Source of the DNA: Octopus bimaculoides
Lineage: Eukaryota
Assembly: GCF_001194135.2 (NCBI RefSeq)
Contig: NC_069008.1
Coordinates: 17,159,312-17,223,311 of the forward strand
Reading direction: 5' to 3'
DNA: 64,000 nt
Notes under the pieces: model-generated
What the model was told of the DNA's origin: nothing
Seen by the model: the letters and a program-made list of their open reading frames with translations, nothing else
Databases searched by the model: none
Translations under genes and position numbers: made by a program
Shown here: positions 53,101 through 64,000 of the stretch, piece after piece
How the letters are laid out: every line of letters starts with the position of its first letter
Numbering within the stretch: the first letter of the stretch is position 1

Positions 53101-54703
53101 TTCCTGGAGAAGAAATTGATACCTTGGTACACACGGAGTCATCAAAGGTAAATAGTTATATGTTATATACGACAACGACCTCCTTTCCTCGCAGTTTGCT
53201 GGTCTCAAAGTACCACCCCTCGGGAAGGAATGACACATAAGCCCATTGTTTGTACCCCGCCCATCTAACGCATGTATTGTCATCATCATCATTTAACGTC
53301 CTCTTTCCATGCTGGCATGGGTTGGACGGTTTCACAAGGAGCTGGCAATCAGCCAGCTGTCCAGACTCCCCTTAGCTGTTGTGGCATGGTTTCTAATGTG
53401 CCCCTTCCTAATATCACCATCCTACTATCATTCTCAGGTAAGCCCTGACCCTGCGTAGTAGCACCTGTAGGAGTCCCACCTATTAAATAGTAAGCATGTT
53501 ATGGAATCGCCTCTTGAAGAAGGTTACTCACAGGCACCCATCAACAGACCCAGGGCAAATGAGGGCCTTAACCCTTTTGATACCAACCCGCCTGAAACCG
53601 CCTCTGGCTCTGTAGTACAATTGCCCTTCCTAATGCCAACCACCTAAGAAAGTTTACTGGGTGCTTTTTATGTGCCAGCATGGATACTTTTTACACAAAC
53701 AAAAATAAACATTATTTTCCCTCTTACTGTTTTGTTTCGTTTTGAAAAATAAAAATTTATTTTATGGTTTGTTATTGTTTATATTTTGAATCACTTAATC
53801 TTTTATGGGGGTACCCAAATCTTTTAAGTGCTTGGGGCCTCGATGGGTCTTAATCCAGCCTTGAGTGTGTTGTATTTTTTAGCAAAACACATCAAATCCT
53901 TTTCACATTGCTCCCAGTCTATTCAGCTGGCCAAAGTGAGTAATCCTGTGATGGTCTAGCATCCCATCCCGGAGGGTATATAGGAACCATGAAAAGCAGG
54001 AAACTGGCCCTGTGAGTCTAAATGAGTTGGGAAAAATTTCCTCATTAAATCCCATTTTAATTTTTTTCTCTGCAGCACATTGCCATCCTTAGGAGAGGCC
54101 TGATCTATAAACTGAACATGTATGACATCGATGGCAAGCTGTTGAGTGCCGCAAGTCTCCAGAAGCAATTAGAGTGGATCATTGACCATGCAGACCAACA
54201 CCAAAGTGAGTGATTCCACTTTGATCTTAAAAGGGATGTTAACCCATTAATGCCCAGCGGATGATTTGTCATTTGCCTTTTTGGTTTCAGATGAAAATAT
54301 TCATATAAAAATAAGTTCATAAATAGTCAGCATGCTGAGTAAAATATTTAGCAGCATAATTCTATCCATCTTCGCATTCTGAATTGAAATTCCTCCAAGG
54401 TAGACTTGGCCTTTTATCCTTTCGGGATCAATAAATTAAGTACCAGTTGAACACCGGGATCAATCTAATTGATTTTTTTTCCCCTCCCACAAAATTGCTG
54501 GCCTTCTACCAAAATTTGAAACCCAATATACACATCATGGCTTATTATCCTTAATTTCTCTATCTGTCTGTCTTGGCATATCCCAGAGTATGGTTGCTTT
54601 CTCATTTTCTGTGACCTTTTCTGGCATGTGCATCTACCATCTTTTTTCTGTTGTTATCCCATAGTGTTGGCAAAGCTTCCAGTGTGTACAGGTCCCAACT
54701 CTG

Positions 54704-54741
<38 letters not shown>

Positions 54742-55156
54742 NNNNNNNNNNNNNNNNNNNNNNNNNNNNNNNNNNNNNNNNNNNNNNNNNNNNNNNNNNN
54801 NNNNNNNNNNNNNNNNNNNNNNNNNNNNNNNNNNNNNNNNNAATTCTTAGCATTCTAGGGGAAATGCCTAGCGGCATTTTGAGAATTGATTTCAGCTTCT
54901 ATAAGTTAAAACAAAACATAATGGTATTTCAAATTTTGGCACAAGGCCAGCAAGTTTAAGGGGAGGAGGAAAATCAATTAAATTAACCCTGAATATTCAG
55001 GTCACCTTTTTATGTAAAAGGCACCCAGTGCCACTCTGTAAAGTGGTTGGCATTAGGAAGGGCATCCAGCTGTAGAAACCATGTGAAAGACAGCAGAGAT
55101 TGTTGCAGTTTTCTCACTTGCCAGCCCCTGTCAAACCATCCAACCCATGACAGCAA

Positions 55157-55216
<60 letters not shown>

Positions 55217-58200
55217 AGCTTTTTAATTTTATTTTAGAAATTTACACGATGGGGGACAATAAGTTAGCAACAGTTTTGTATAGTTTCTACAGCTGGTTGC
55301 CCTTCCTAATGCCAACCACTTTAGAGAGAGGACTGGGTGCTTTTTATGTGGCACCAGCACCGACAAAATCTGTTTTCACATGGTTTTTACAACTGGATGC
55401 CCTTCCTAATGCCAACTACTTTACAGGGTGTACCGGGTGCTTTTTACATGGCACCAACACCAGTGAGGTTACTAAGTAACTTGCTGGTCAAAACCCCTCA
55501 ACAGAAAAATAAGTAGTTTTGAGGGAAAGAAAAAGGTGTTTTGCGTTAGAATAGAATCCATTCTAATAACTACTTTGTTGTCTTTATTGATTTCTATCAA
55601 TGATTCCATGACAGATCAATGCTTTTACAAGACTTCCGAATTCTTGATCTATACATTTCTTGTCTTCGTCTCTCCTCCAGATAGCTATTCAGAAGCAGCC
55701 AAATCGATTCCTGCTTTCACTGGAATTGAACGAAAAACCTGGGCCAAAGTCCGTGAAACCTTCTTCTCAGATGGCATCAACAAGGAATCGCTCCAAACCA
55801 TTGAAACAGCAATATTTTTTGTAAGTTCCTCTTGGCAACCATTCAGCAATAACACCAAGTTTCTCTTTATTATTGCAGTTACTTTGTTATGTGACCATAA
55901 CATCTTGTGGCTACATCATCACATGACCATAATGTCACACTACAATTGTTTCAATTCATTCCTGCACCTGTAGATCAGCATGTAGATCAGATGCTGGGCA
56001 ATCAATTGTCTAGCATTTCAGGTGTACAATGCACCTCATCAGGTGACTTTTTAAACAAGTTTTCACTATGTCATCTTACCCATGAGCTGCAGGTGCGGAA
56101 ATAACTTGAAACGATTGTAGTGAATTCTATTTTCTGTCTCTGATCTATTTATAAATATGTTTGTATGTTTGCATGTACGTATGAATGTATATCTGTCTAT
56201 CAATCCATCTCTCTGTCCTCTGCCATTTCACTAGGTGACCCTGGAGACGATATCAGCTGAGACCATAATGGAACGGGCCTGTTACCTTATGCAAGGTGAC
56301 GGCAGGTCATTGTGGTTTGACAAGAGCCTCAATGTCATTTACTTTGCCAATGGTCGTATGGGACTGAACTGTGAACACTCATATGCTGATGCTCCAGTGG
56401 TGGGACATTGCCAAGAGTACGTGATGACCAACGAGTAAGTATATAACTTTTTACTTCATCTATAAACACACACTGTGGTTGTATATATTTGTCATATATA
56501 TCATCATCATCATCATCATCATCATCANNNNNNNNNNNNNNNNNNNNNNNNNNNNNNNNNNNNNNNNNNNNNNNNNNNNNNNNNNNNNNNNNNNNNNNNC
56601 ATGTAAAATACACCATTTTGAGCATGGCCGTTGCCAGTAGCGCCTGACTGACCTTCGTGCCGTTGGCACGTAAAAGCACCCACTACACTCTCAGAGTGGT
56701 TGGCGTTAGGAAGGGCATCCAGCTGTAGAAACTCTGCCAAATCAGATTGGAGACTGGTGTAGCCACCTGGTTCACCAGTCCTCAGTCAAATTGTCCAACC
56801 CATGCTAGCATGGAAAGCGGATGTTAAATGATGATGATGATGATGATGATGATGATATATATATATATATATATACACAATATATATTCTACGTTGAATT
56901 ATACGTGTGTCTGTGTGATTAGCTTTATCGACCCTTTTCTGTTGTTTCAGAGCAATGTACCCCCTGTACAAAGATGGTGAATTGGTTGATGCTGATCCCA
57001 ATTTTAAACAAGGCAAGCTGAAACCCCCATCTTTACTTCAATGGGATTTCCCAGATTCCTTCAATCCAGAAGTTAAAACGGCATGTTCCATTTCACAAAA
57101 GGTGAGTTCATTGAGATTGATACTGATGAAGGTGCACTTCATCATGATAGCTAGGTAATTAGGTAAACTGAAGGTTGTTGTGATGATGGTAATTAGATTT
57201 TATTATAGAACAGGTATAAGGCAGCAAACTGGCAGAATCGTTAGTGCGCTAGAGGAAATGCTAAGCGGTATTTTTCCCGGCGCTGTGTTCTAAGTTCAAA
57301 TTCTGCCGAGGTCGACTTTGCCTTTCATCCTTTCTGATAATAATAAACAACAATAGGATTATAATTCCCAGTCAATTGTTTTCTTTTATTTTTTACTGTC
57401 TTTCTTTCAGAACCTTGAAAACATTGATCTGTGTGTCCGGGTCCATAATGCCTTCGGAAAGGGTTTCATCAAAACTGCAAAGGTAAGGTAAAATTAAGGA
57501 TCCGTTTATATTTGTGCTGTACCTTCTCTATAGCAAGGCACCTGTTTCTGCCTCTCTCTCTCTCTCTCTCTCTTTCTGTCACACTCTAACCTCTCATCAT
57601 CTGACACAAGGTCACCCCCACCTCTAAAAATTCCTTGTTTTGCAAGTTACTTGGTGACCCTGCTGGTGCTGGTGCCACATAAAACAGCATCTAGTCCACA
57701 CTGTGAAATGGTTGGTGTTAGGAAGGGCATCCATCTGTAAAAGCCATGCCAAAACTGCCCTCACCTGAGCTGGTGCCACGTAAAAAGCACTCAGTTTATT
57801 CTGTGGGGTGGTTGGCTTTTGGAAGGGCATTCAGCCGTAAAGACCATGCCAAAACAGTCACAGAAGCCTGGTGGAACCTTCTGCCCGGCCAGCTTCTGTT
57901 GAACCGTCCAATCCCTGTGACAGTGTTTATTTAGTAGGGTGTGTTCAAAGTGATGTTACAATTCTCCCTGTTGAATATTCATTTCTACTCTAGGCACGAG
58001 GCACGAAATTTTGGGGGAGGGAGTGAGTCGATTAGATCGAGCCCAGTGCATAACTGGTACTTAATTTATCAACTCCGAAAGGATGAAAGGCAAAGTTGAC
58101 CTCAGCGGGATTTGAACTCAGAACGTAGCAACATGCGAAATACCGCTAAGCATTTCGCCTGGGGTGCTACCAATTCTGCCAGCTCACCATCTTACGGTGA

Positions 58201-61070
58201 TAAGTGTCCGTCCTAAAAACTGTCTGAAAACATCTGGATTGCAACCTGTCTTTCATCTCCTGGGTACCCAACACTCTTTTTTCCTCCTCCGCACAGCAGG
58301 ATCAAAACCCTGTTTATTAATTGCCCTGCTGTTGTTTCTGGTTGCAGGTCAGCCCCGACGCATTCATCCAGTCGGCCCTTCAGCTCACTTATTACACCTA
58401 CTACGGCAAGTTGGCTCTGACTTATGAGTCATCGATGACACGTTTATACTTGCTCGGACGGACAGAGACGGTGCGGTCACTCACTTCAGAATTGGCCAGC
58501 TTTGTCAGGTGAGATTTTTAATTGACGGCTAATTACAAAGTTAATGGCTTCTTAGTTTTTCTCATATCTTTTTAAACTTCAGATGTTGTTGTTGCTGTTG
58601 TTGGTGTTGGTGTTGTTGTTGTTGTTGATGTTGTTGTTGCTGGCGGTGGCGACGGTGGTATTGTGTTAATAGTAGTGGTGGCAGCAGTGGTGGTGGTGGT
58701 GGTGGTGGCTGTGGTGGTGGTGGTGTTGGTGACTGGGGTAGTGGTGGTGGTGGCGGTGGTGATGGCGGTGGTGGTGGTGGTGACAGGAATCTCTTTGGTA
58801 GTTTTAGTTGTGGTGCTGGTAGCTTTGATTGAGCAGAGCAAAGACATTCCAGCCTTGACCATCACCCTTTTAGCTTTTTAGTCCTTTCTAGACATAAGTG
58901 TATCTAAGACTACATTATCTAACGTGTCCTTCCGTATTGTTGTTGTTGTTGTTCAATCCCATGTCAGTCCCGATCCAGTGGATCTATAATCAAAGGTGTT
59001 CCAGTCATGACCATCCTGTCTTTATTCAAACATAATCTATCTCAGATTCCATTAAACACCCATTTCCTGGTTTAGCCCCTATTTCAATGCTTCACTCCTA
59101 TTTTCCTATTTGAGCCCTATTTCCTTACTTAACCCTCAATCCCCTACTTCATCTTTATTTCCAAGTTTAACCCTTATTTCCCTATTTAACCCCTAGTTTC
59201 CTACTTAACCCCTATTTTTCTATTTGATCCCTATTTGACCCCCATTTCTATATTTGACCCCTAAATCCCAACTTTACTTCTGTTTTCCAATTTAACCCCT
59301 ATTATCCTTCCCACTCAACCCCCAATTTCAATATTTGACCCCTATTTCACTCTGTACTTGGACAGGGCGATGTACAACAACAAAGTGACAAAGCAAGAGA
59401 AGATCTCCCTGTTGCAGAGGTCCTGCACCATTCACCAAGGCCTCTACCGAGACGCCATGAATGGCAAGGGATTGGACCGGCACCTGTTTGGGCTCTATGT
59501 CCTTAGCAAAGGAATGGGTTATGTAAGTACATTTACGGTTTGCTAGGGGCTCCCCCCCCTTTTTTGTGTTTTTTCATTTTACTTCCTTGCATCAATCTTC
59601 ATCATCAGCATCATCAGCACTACCACCACCCTCACCACCACCACCACCACCATCATCCACATCCTCCTCCTCCTCATCATCATCATCACTATCACTGCCA
59701 CCACCACTATCACAACCCTCACCACCACCACCACCACCACTATCATCATCATCATCACTATCACTGCCATCACCACCATCACGACCCTCACCACCACCAC
59801 CACTACCACCACCATCACTATCACAAAAACAAAAAAAAAAACAAATGTTAATGTGTTGTTCTTTCTTGTAGGATTGTGACTTCTTAAAAGACGCCCTCCT
59901 GATGCCGTGGACCCTATCGACAAGTCAACAACCACAGCAGCAGATCGCGTCTTCTCCCCAGTGTGACTTACCCCAGTTTGATTCAATGGTAAGCATGCAG
60001 GGACACAGGGGAGCACACACAGAGAGCAGAGCGTGCTGGGTGAGATCAGTGGGTCCTCGAGTAGATGGACAAAGGGACGGACAGATTGATGAATGAACAG
60101 ATGGCTGAAGAGATGAAAAGTGGGATGGACAGACGGACGGACGGACGAATGGATGGACAGATAGATAGATAGATGGACAGACAGAAGGACGGACGGATGG
60201 ATGGAGAGAGGGAGGCTGTGTGTAGGTGCTGACTGGATAGAGCAAGGTGGGTGGTGGTTGGACAGACGGGCAGATGGATGGACTAAGACATAGTGTATGG
60301 CTGTGTGGTAAGTAGCTTGCTTCCCAATCACATGGTTCTGNNNNNNNNNNNNNNNNNNNNNNNNNNNNNNNNNNNNNNNNNNNNNNNNNNNNNNNNNNNN
60401 NNNNNNNNNNNNNNNNNNNNNNNNNNNNNNNNNNNNNNNNNNNNNNNNNNNNNNNNNNNNNNNNNNNNNNNNNNNNNNNNNNNNNNNNNNNNNNNNNNNN
60501 NNNNNNNNNNNNNNNNNNNNNNNNNNNNNNNNNNNNNNNNNNNNNNNNNNNNNNNNNNNNNNNNNNNNNNNNNNNNNNNNNNNNNNNNNNNNNNNNNNNN
60601 NNNNNNNNNNNCACTGTAACTTAGCGGTTCGGCAAAAGAGACCAATAGAAGAAGTACTACACTTACAATGAATAAGTCCTGGGGTCAATTTCTTTGACTA
60701 AAACCCTTTAAGGCGAGGCTCCAACATGGCTACAGTGAAAATGAATGAAACAAATAAAAAAGAAAAGAAAAACCAGACAGATGCAGTGTGTAGACGTTGA
60801 GTAGGATATATATAGACAGTGTGTAGATGTTGGATATACAGGTATGTTGAACTAACGCCTTTTTTTCCCCTCTCATTGCAGCTTGGCCCAGGAGGAGGTT
60901 TTGGGCCAGTATCTGACGATGGTTACGGCATTTCTTATATGGTAGCTGGCAACAGGAAGATCTTTTTCCACATATCTTCCAAGCGATCTGCCAAAGAAAC
61001 AGATTCGTCGAAATTCATGGATCTCTTGTTCCAGAGCATGGATGACATGAAGAAACTATTCGATCCGTAA
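45313..61070 (+). CDS. CPT1: Carnitine O-palmitoyltransferase 1-like (outer mitochondrial membrane), complete, 17 coding exons, 769 aa
   Basis: Exons 45313-45437, 48701-48855, 49117-49239, 50425-50642, 51178-51263, 52179-52283, 52486-52617, 53099-53147, 54076-54205, 55681-55820, 56235-56434, 56951-57101, 57411-57482, 58348-58508, 59366-59522, 59872-59988, 60882-61070 sum to 2310 nt with no frameshift. Features: MAEA start, two N-terminal hydrophobic segments, [16 protein letters not shown], catalytic [51 protein letters not shown]. Confidence 0.95.
45937..46378 (+). mobile_element. tRNA-derived CORE-type SINE (family A, near-complete copy)
   Basis: A/B-box-like head tggtaag..gggttcagtccc and CORE-like ccttgggcaagtgtctt. 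About 20 other full or partial copies, e.g. 4578-4745, 9520-9885, 10095-10381, 13340-13975, 16700-17520, 24105-24810, 26730-27035, 29140-30025, 40620-40890, 47651-48045, 50950-51110, 60295-60780. Confidence 0.85.
46746..47050. repeat. Imperfect inverted repeat (foldback/MITE-like), ~125-bp arms, in CPT1 intron 1
   Basis: 46746-46874 pairs with 46925-47050. Confidence 0.88.
48149..48603. mobile_element. hAT/Charlie-type MITE with a nested SINE
   Basis: Ends cagtactattcaaagt / agtttgagaagcactg; perfect 8-bp TSD ctctaaat at 48141-48148 and 48604-48611. Confidence 0.8.
48701..48855 (+). CDS. CPT1: CPT1 exon 2 (NGLWPTS, TM1)
   Basis: Polypyrimidine tract plus ctag; gtaag donor. Confidence 0.9.
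49117..49239 (+). CDS. CPT1: CPT1 exon 3 (TM2, [15 protein letters not shown])
   Basis: ttgcag acceptor; gtaagt donor. Confidence 0.92.
50425..50642 (+). CDS. CPT1: CPT1 exon 4 (SLPRLPVP)
   Basis: Acyltransferase N-terminal signature; gtaagg donor. Confidence 0.95.
51178..51263 (+). CDS. CPT1: CPT1 exon 5 ([12 protein letters not shown])
   Basis: Conserved CPT1 motif; phases 0/2. Confidence 0.95.
52179..52283 (+). CDS. CPT1: CPT1 exon 6 ([20 protein letters not shown])
   Basis: Conserved motif; phases 2/2. Confidence 0.95.
52486..52617 (+). CDS. CPT1: CPT1 exon 7 ([15 protein letters not shown])
   Basis: Conserved motif; phases 2/2. Confidence 0.95.
53099..53147 (+). CDS. CPT1: CPT1 exon 8 ([11 protein letters not shown])
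   Basis: 49-nt exon; phases 2/0. Confidence 0.93.
54076..54205 (+). CDS. CPT1: CPT1 exon 9 ([11 protein letters not shown])
   Basis: ctgcag acceptor, gtgagt donor; not in the ORF track but in frame with its neighbours. Confidence 0.93.
54538..54703 (-). mobile_element. R4/Dong-type (restriction-like endonuclease) non-LTR retrotransposon fragment in CPT1 intron 9
   Basis: Minus frame [54 protein letters not shown] matches the HWxLC..ILWD..QTD..N.PD motif leading into the REL domain. Confidence 0.75.
55681..55820 (+). CDS. CPT1: CPT1 exon 10 ([17 protein letters not shown])
   Basis: Phases 1/0. Confidence 0.95.
56235..56434 (+). CDS. CPT1: CPT1 exon 11 (WFDKS, catalytic EHSYADAP)
   Basis: Catalytic His motif; phases 0/2. 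Confidence 0.96.
56951..57101 (+). CDS. CPT1: CPT1 exon 12 (PPSLLQWD)
   Basis: Phases 2/0. Confidence 0.92.
57411..57482 (+). CDS. CPT1: CPT1 exon 13 (AFGKGFIK)
   Basis: 72-nt exon, phases 0/0. Confidence 0.95.
57982..58188 (-). mobile_element. tRNA-derived SINE family B (gcctttcatcctttcggggtcgataa core)
   Basis: Head ggcgagctggcagaatcgttagc..gagttcaaattc. Other copies at about 455-640, 7295-7400, 11250-11480, 20270-20495, 32830-33335, 48330-48495, 51385-51545, 54330-54520, 57215-57335. Confidence 0.8.
58348..58508 (+). CDS. CPT1: CPT1 exon 14 ([23 protein letters not shown])
   Basis: Carnitine acyltransferase signature 2. Confidence 0.96.
59050..59350. repeat. Degenerate ~19-bp minisatellite (ttaacccctatttcctat) before the CPT1 exon 15 acceptor
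   Basis: About 15 pyrimidine-rich units. Confidence 0.8.
59366..59522 (+). CDS. CPT1: CPT1 exon 15 ([15 protein letters not shown])
   Basis: Conserved motif; phases 2/0. Confidence 0.95.
59872..59988 (+). CDS. CPT1: CPT1 exon 16 ([13 protein letters not shown])
   Basis: STS carnitine-binding motif; phases 0/0. Confidence 0.95.
60882..61070 (+). CDS. CPT1: CPT1 exon 17 with stop codon
   Basis: [19 protein letters not shown] at 61068-61070. Confidence 0.96.
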   Translation, partial: LGPGGGFGPVSDDGYGISYMVAGNRKIFFHISSKRSAKETDSSKFMDLLFQSMDDMKKLFDP

Positions 61071-61574
61071 CTCTGGACGAGGAGGAGCATTTGGTTGTGT
61101 TGGGGGTTGATGTTGGTGTTGACCATAGATTCTTAATGGTGTCGTGGCTTGGTGGCCGTGTGGTGGTAGAGGTCACTTACATGGTCAGCCACTCGTATAC
61201 CCATAAACCAACATACAAGGTGCATTCCAGAAGTCTGAGACTTTTTCCAGAAAGACATCCATTAATTTCTAACAAATACAAATTTCTAATCCCCTTCATA
61301 ATGGCCCCTAGAAGTCCTCCAAAGTGAAAGTGTCCAGGGCTCTTGTCATGGCCTCTTTCATCTTCTTCATCTCTTCAAAATGCCTGGAACAACCAAAAGC
61401 TATACGGAACAAAGTCTGGACTGTAGGAAGAGTGAAGGACAGTTTTTTCTCTGTCAAGGAATTGGTTAACAGAATGGAATTGTGGACTGGTGTATTGTCT
61501 TGGTCTATGTCCTCTGGCTCTTTGTGACCAAATCTCTTCATGAACTGCCTCAAAACCTCAACAAAGGACTCTTT

Positions 61575-61799
61575 ACATTATTCATATTGGATGGACAGGT
61601 GTCCTCGTCTTGTTTGTTCTCACCACAACGTTTCGGCTGGTTTACTCTCCAGCCTTCATCAGGTGTCCTGGTAGAATTTTGAACACAACCCTCGGTTCTC
61701 ATTCCTACGGTATTTTTTTGTTTTGGCAACAAGCAAGATGAGGACACATGTCCGTCCAATGTAAATAATGTACAGACTTCCTTATCTCAAAAATACAGA
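61575..61799 (-). mobile_element. 225-bp foldback, hammerhead-containing insertion (Penelope-like terminal repeat derivative)
   Basis: ~47-bp inverted arms (about 61572-61618 and 61729-61775); flanked by a 12-bp near-direct repeat aaaggactcttt (61563-61574) / aaaggattcttt (61800-61811) that interrupts the mariner reading frame at VNK-ESF. Confidence 0.65.
61622..61669 (-). ncRNA. Minimal type I hammerhead ribozyme-like motif (Penelope-type)
   Basis: Minus strand reads AGGACAC-CUGAUGA-A-GGCUGG(AGAGUAAA)CCAGCC-GAAA-CG-UU-GUG: full core, 6-bp stem II, palindromic ACGU stem III, 3-bp stem I. Activity is not demonstrated. Confidence 0.7.
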
Positions 61800-62821
61800 A
61801 AAGGATTCTTTGTTGACCGTTTGACCAGAGGGAACCTAGTGGACGTAGACGATGCCCTTGCTGTCGATAAAGAGGATCACCAAGAGCTTCTCATTGGATT
61901 TGTTTTGCCTGGTCTTTGACCCAGCGAATAACAGACCCTCGGCTCATGCATGTTAACCCAGTCTGGGGCATAACAAATCTCTGTAGCATTTTTGCCCAGT
62001 TTAACACAAAACTTTATCGTATTGCAAGCTCCAAATACATTTTACAAACTGGTCAGCTGTGACATGGAGTGCTTTGTGCTGATACAGCTGTCCCCCTCCC
62101 CTTTAATTTAGATGAACAAAAATTGGCAGGTCAGCTTATTAATAATGATGACCTAAAACGACAATATTGTTGAACAGTTATAACTAAAAAAGTCTCAAAA
62201 CTTCTGGAACATATCGTGTAGTCAGCCGTGTTGAGTAAGGTATGTCCAAAGTGCCAATACAGTTGTCTCCTTCCGTCTTTAAAAACAAAAGGTTGGCAGG
62301 TCAGCTTATTAGATGTATAGTAATGACATATTATGATTACAATAATCTAGGATAGTCTCAGACATTGAGGAATGTCTCAAACGTTGTGGAATGCACCTCG
62401 TATGTTCTCTAAGAGCTATAAGCAAAACAGAAAGAGACAGGATAAAAAAATCCTTCGTTCCGCTACTACCAACATCAGCACCAAACACCATGCTGTCTTA
62501 TCACGCTACCTCTCCAACACCACCACCACTACCACTACTACTATGGTGCCATCAGCTCTCTGCGACTGAGTGGTCATCGAATGTCACTCCCACTTGCACT
62601 CACACTCGACATGAATCTACTCTTCTAGTCCTGCATGTTATACACACCCACCGATACCACTCCCCACTCTTAACCCTAATGCCTCCCCCCATCTCCCCCC
62701 TAGTTTACAAAGTAAACTAGCCACAGCTTAGGGTTTCACAACTTGAAAAGGCCTTGAAATAATCAAAATCTGTACGTATGTATGTATGTATGTATATATG
62801 TATATGTATGCATACATATAC

Positions 62822-62984
<163 letters not shown>

Positions 62985-63386
62985 CACATACACATATATA
63001 AATATATATATACATATGCATATGTATATATATATATATAAGTATGTAAAACAAAGGAATATGAATGGACAACATGTGGCCTAGTGGTCAGAGTGACGCA
63101 CTTACAATCACCAGGTCGTGGGTTCAGTCCCTAGGTCAAGTGGCACATTGTGTTTTTTTGAGCAAGACACTTCATTTCACATTGCTCCAGTTCACTCAAC
63201 TGTGAATGGGTGACCTTACAATGAGCTAGCCTTCCAATCAGGGGACACGCTGGACCTGCTTGCCTAGCCAGCTGGGTGACATCGTTTCAAAGCTAAAATG
63301 AAGCAAAGTGCATTGTGATCAGCGATGTATAACAACATCTGACTGGTCGATACAGTGACCACATGATCACATACATACACACACAC

Positions 63387-63424
<38 letters not shown>

Positions 63425-63562
63425 AAAGGATGTTTTATAACACTATTCCATATATACAAAAACAGCCATATGAACAATCCAACATACCTCCATCATCAGC
63501 TGCCTCACAGATATCATCATGGTTTTGACACCTGGGCTGTACTAAAATAAGTGTTGTTTGGG

Positions 63563-63568
63563 AATAAA
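63563..63568 (+). terminator. First canonical AATAAA seen downstream of the CPT1 stop (candidate polyA signal)
   Basis: Manual scan of 61071-63562 found only variant hexamers; a second AATAAA lies at 63627-63632. Confidence 0.3.
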
Positions 63569-64000
63569 CGTACCAAAGAAACCACAACTTCCAAACACAT
63601 TTAACCTATGTACAACTGTATCAGTAAATAAATACACACAGACACACACACACACATATGGTTAGTACAAATTACTCTGTAAGGAGCCTAGGGCTGGATT
63701 CCCATTTTCTCCAGCGTATATATGCTTCCCCTGGACAATACGCCAGTCTATTGCAGGATGACTCATTTTTGCCAGCTGAGTGGACTGGAGCAACATGAAA
63801 TGAAGTGTCTTGCTCAAGAACACAGCACATCGCCCAGTCAAGGAATTGAAACCACAATCTTACGATCACGAGTCCAACACCCTAACCACTAAGCCATGCA
63901 CCTCCACACACACACATATATATATATGTATGTGTATATATATATATATATGTATATATATGTATATATATGTATATATATATGTATATATATATATATA

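Larger units (their letters stand above)
61214..62220 (-). mobile_element. Internally deleted mariner element with both TIRs (transposase pseudogene)
   Basis: TIRs tacaaggtgcattccagaagtctgagacttt and revcomp tacacgatatgttccagaagttttgagacttt; peptides IKFCVKLGKNATE, KLLVILFIDSKGIVYVH*VPSGQTVNK, QDNTPVHNSIL, HFEEMKKMKEAMTRALDTFTLEDF*. Confidence 0.85.

Noticed and set aside
59050-59350. Telomere-like TAACCC motifs
   Set aside because: The period is ~19 bp, not a (TTAGGG)n hexamer array.

Overview
Repeat- and microsatellite-rich animal genomic DNA with many N gaps. The SINE families and (TA/CA/GAT/GTA)n content look like an octopus; the species is inferred, not proven. Two multi-exon genes point away from each other. 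(1) Minus strand: the 5' part of a POGZ/ZNF280-like C2H2 zinc-finger gene, with 9 coding exons from ATG 6500 to 238 (about 546 codons, phase-consistent GT-AG), continuing off the left edge. (2) Plus strand: a complete 17-exon carnitine O-palmitoyltransferase 1 (CPT1)-like gene, 45313-61070, 2310 nt = 769 aa + stop, with catalytic His, STS and malonyl-CoA Met motifs intact. Between them are SINEs (three families), piggyBac-, hAT- and Tc1/mariner-type MITEs, decayed mariner, RTE and R4/Dong-like fragments, and three CpG-rich promoter-like islands with minus-strand splice donors. Most notable unexplained structures: a minimal hammerhead-ribozyme motif in a 225-bp foldback insertion downstream of CPT1 (plus a second, degenerate core), an 11-unit conserved-core/variable-spacer array just upstream of CPT1, two long inverted repeats, and a ~105-bp module that forms arrays alone or alternating with a MITE. 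All coordinates and translations were worked out by hand; no database search or folding program was run.
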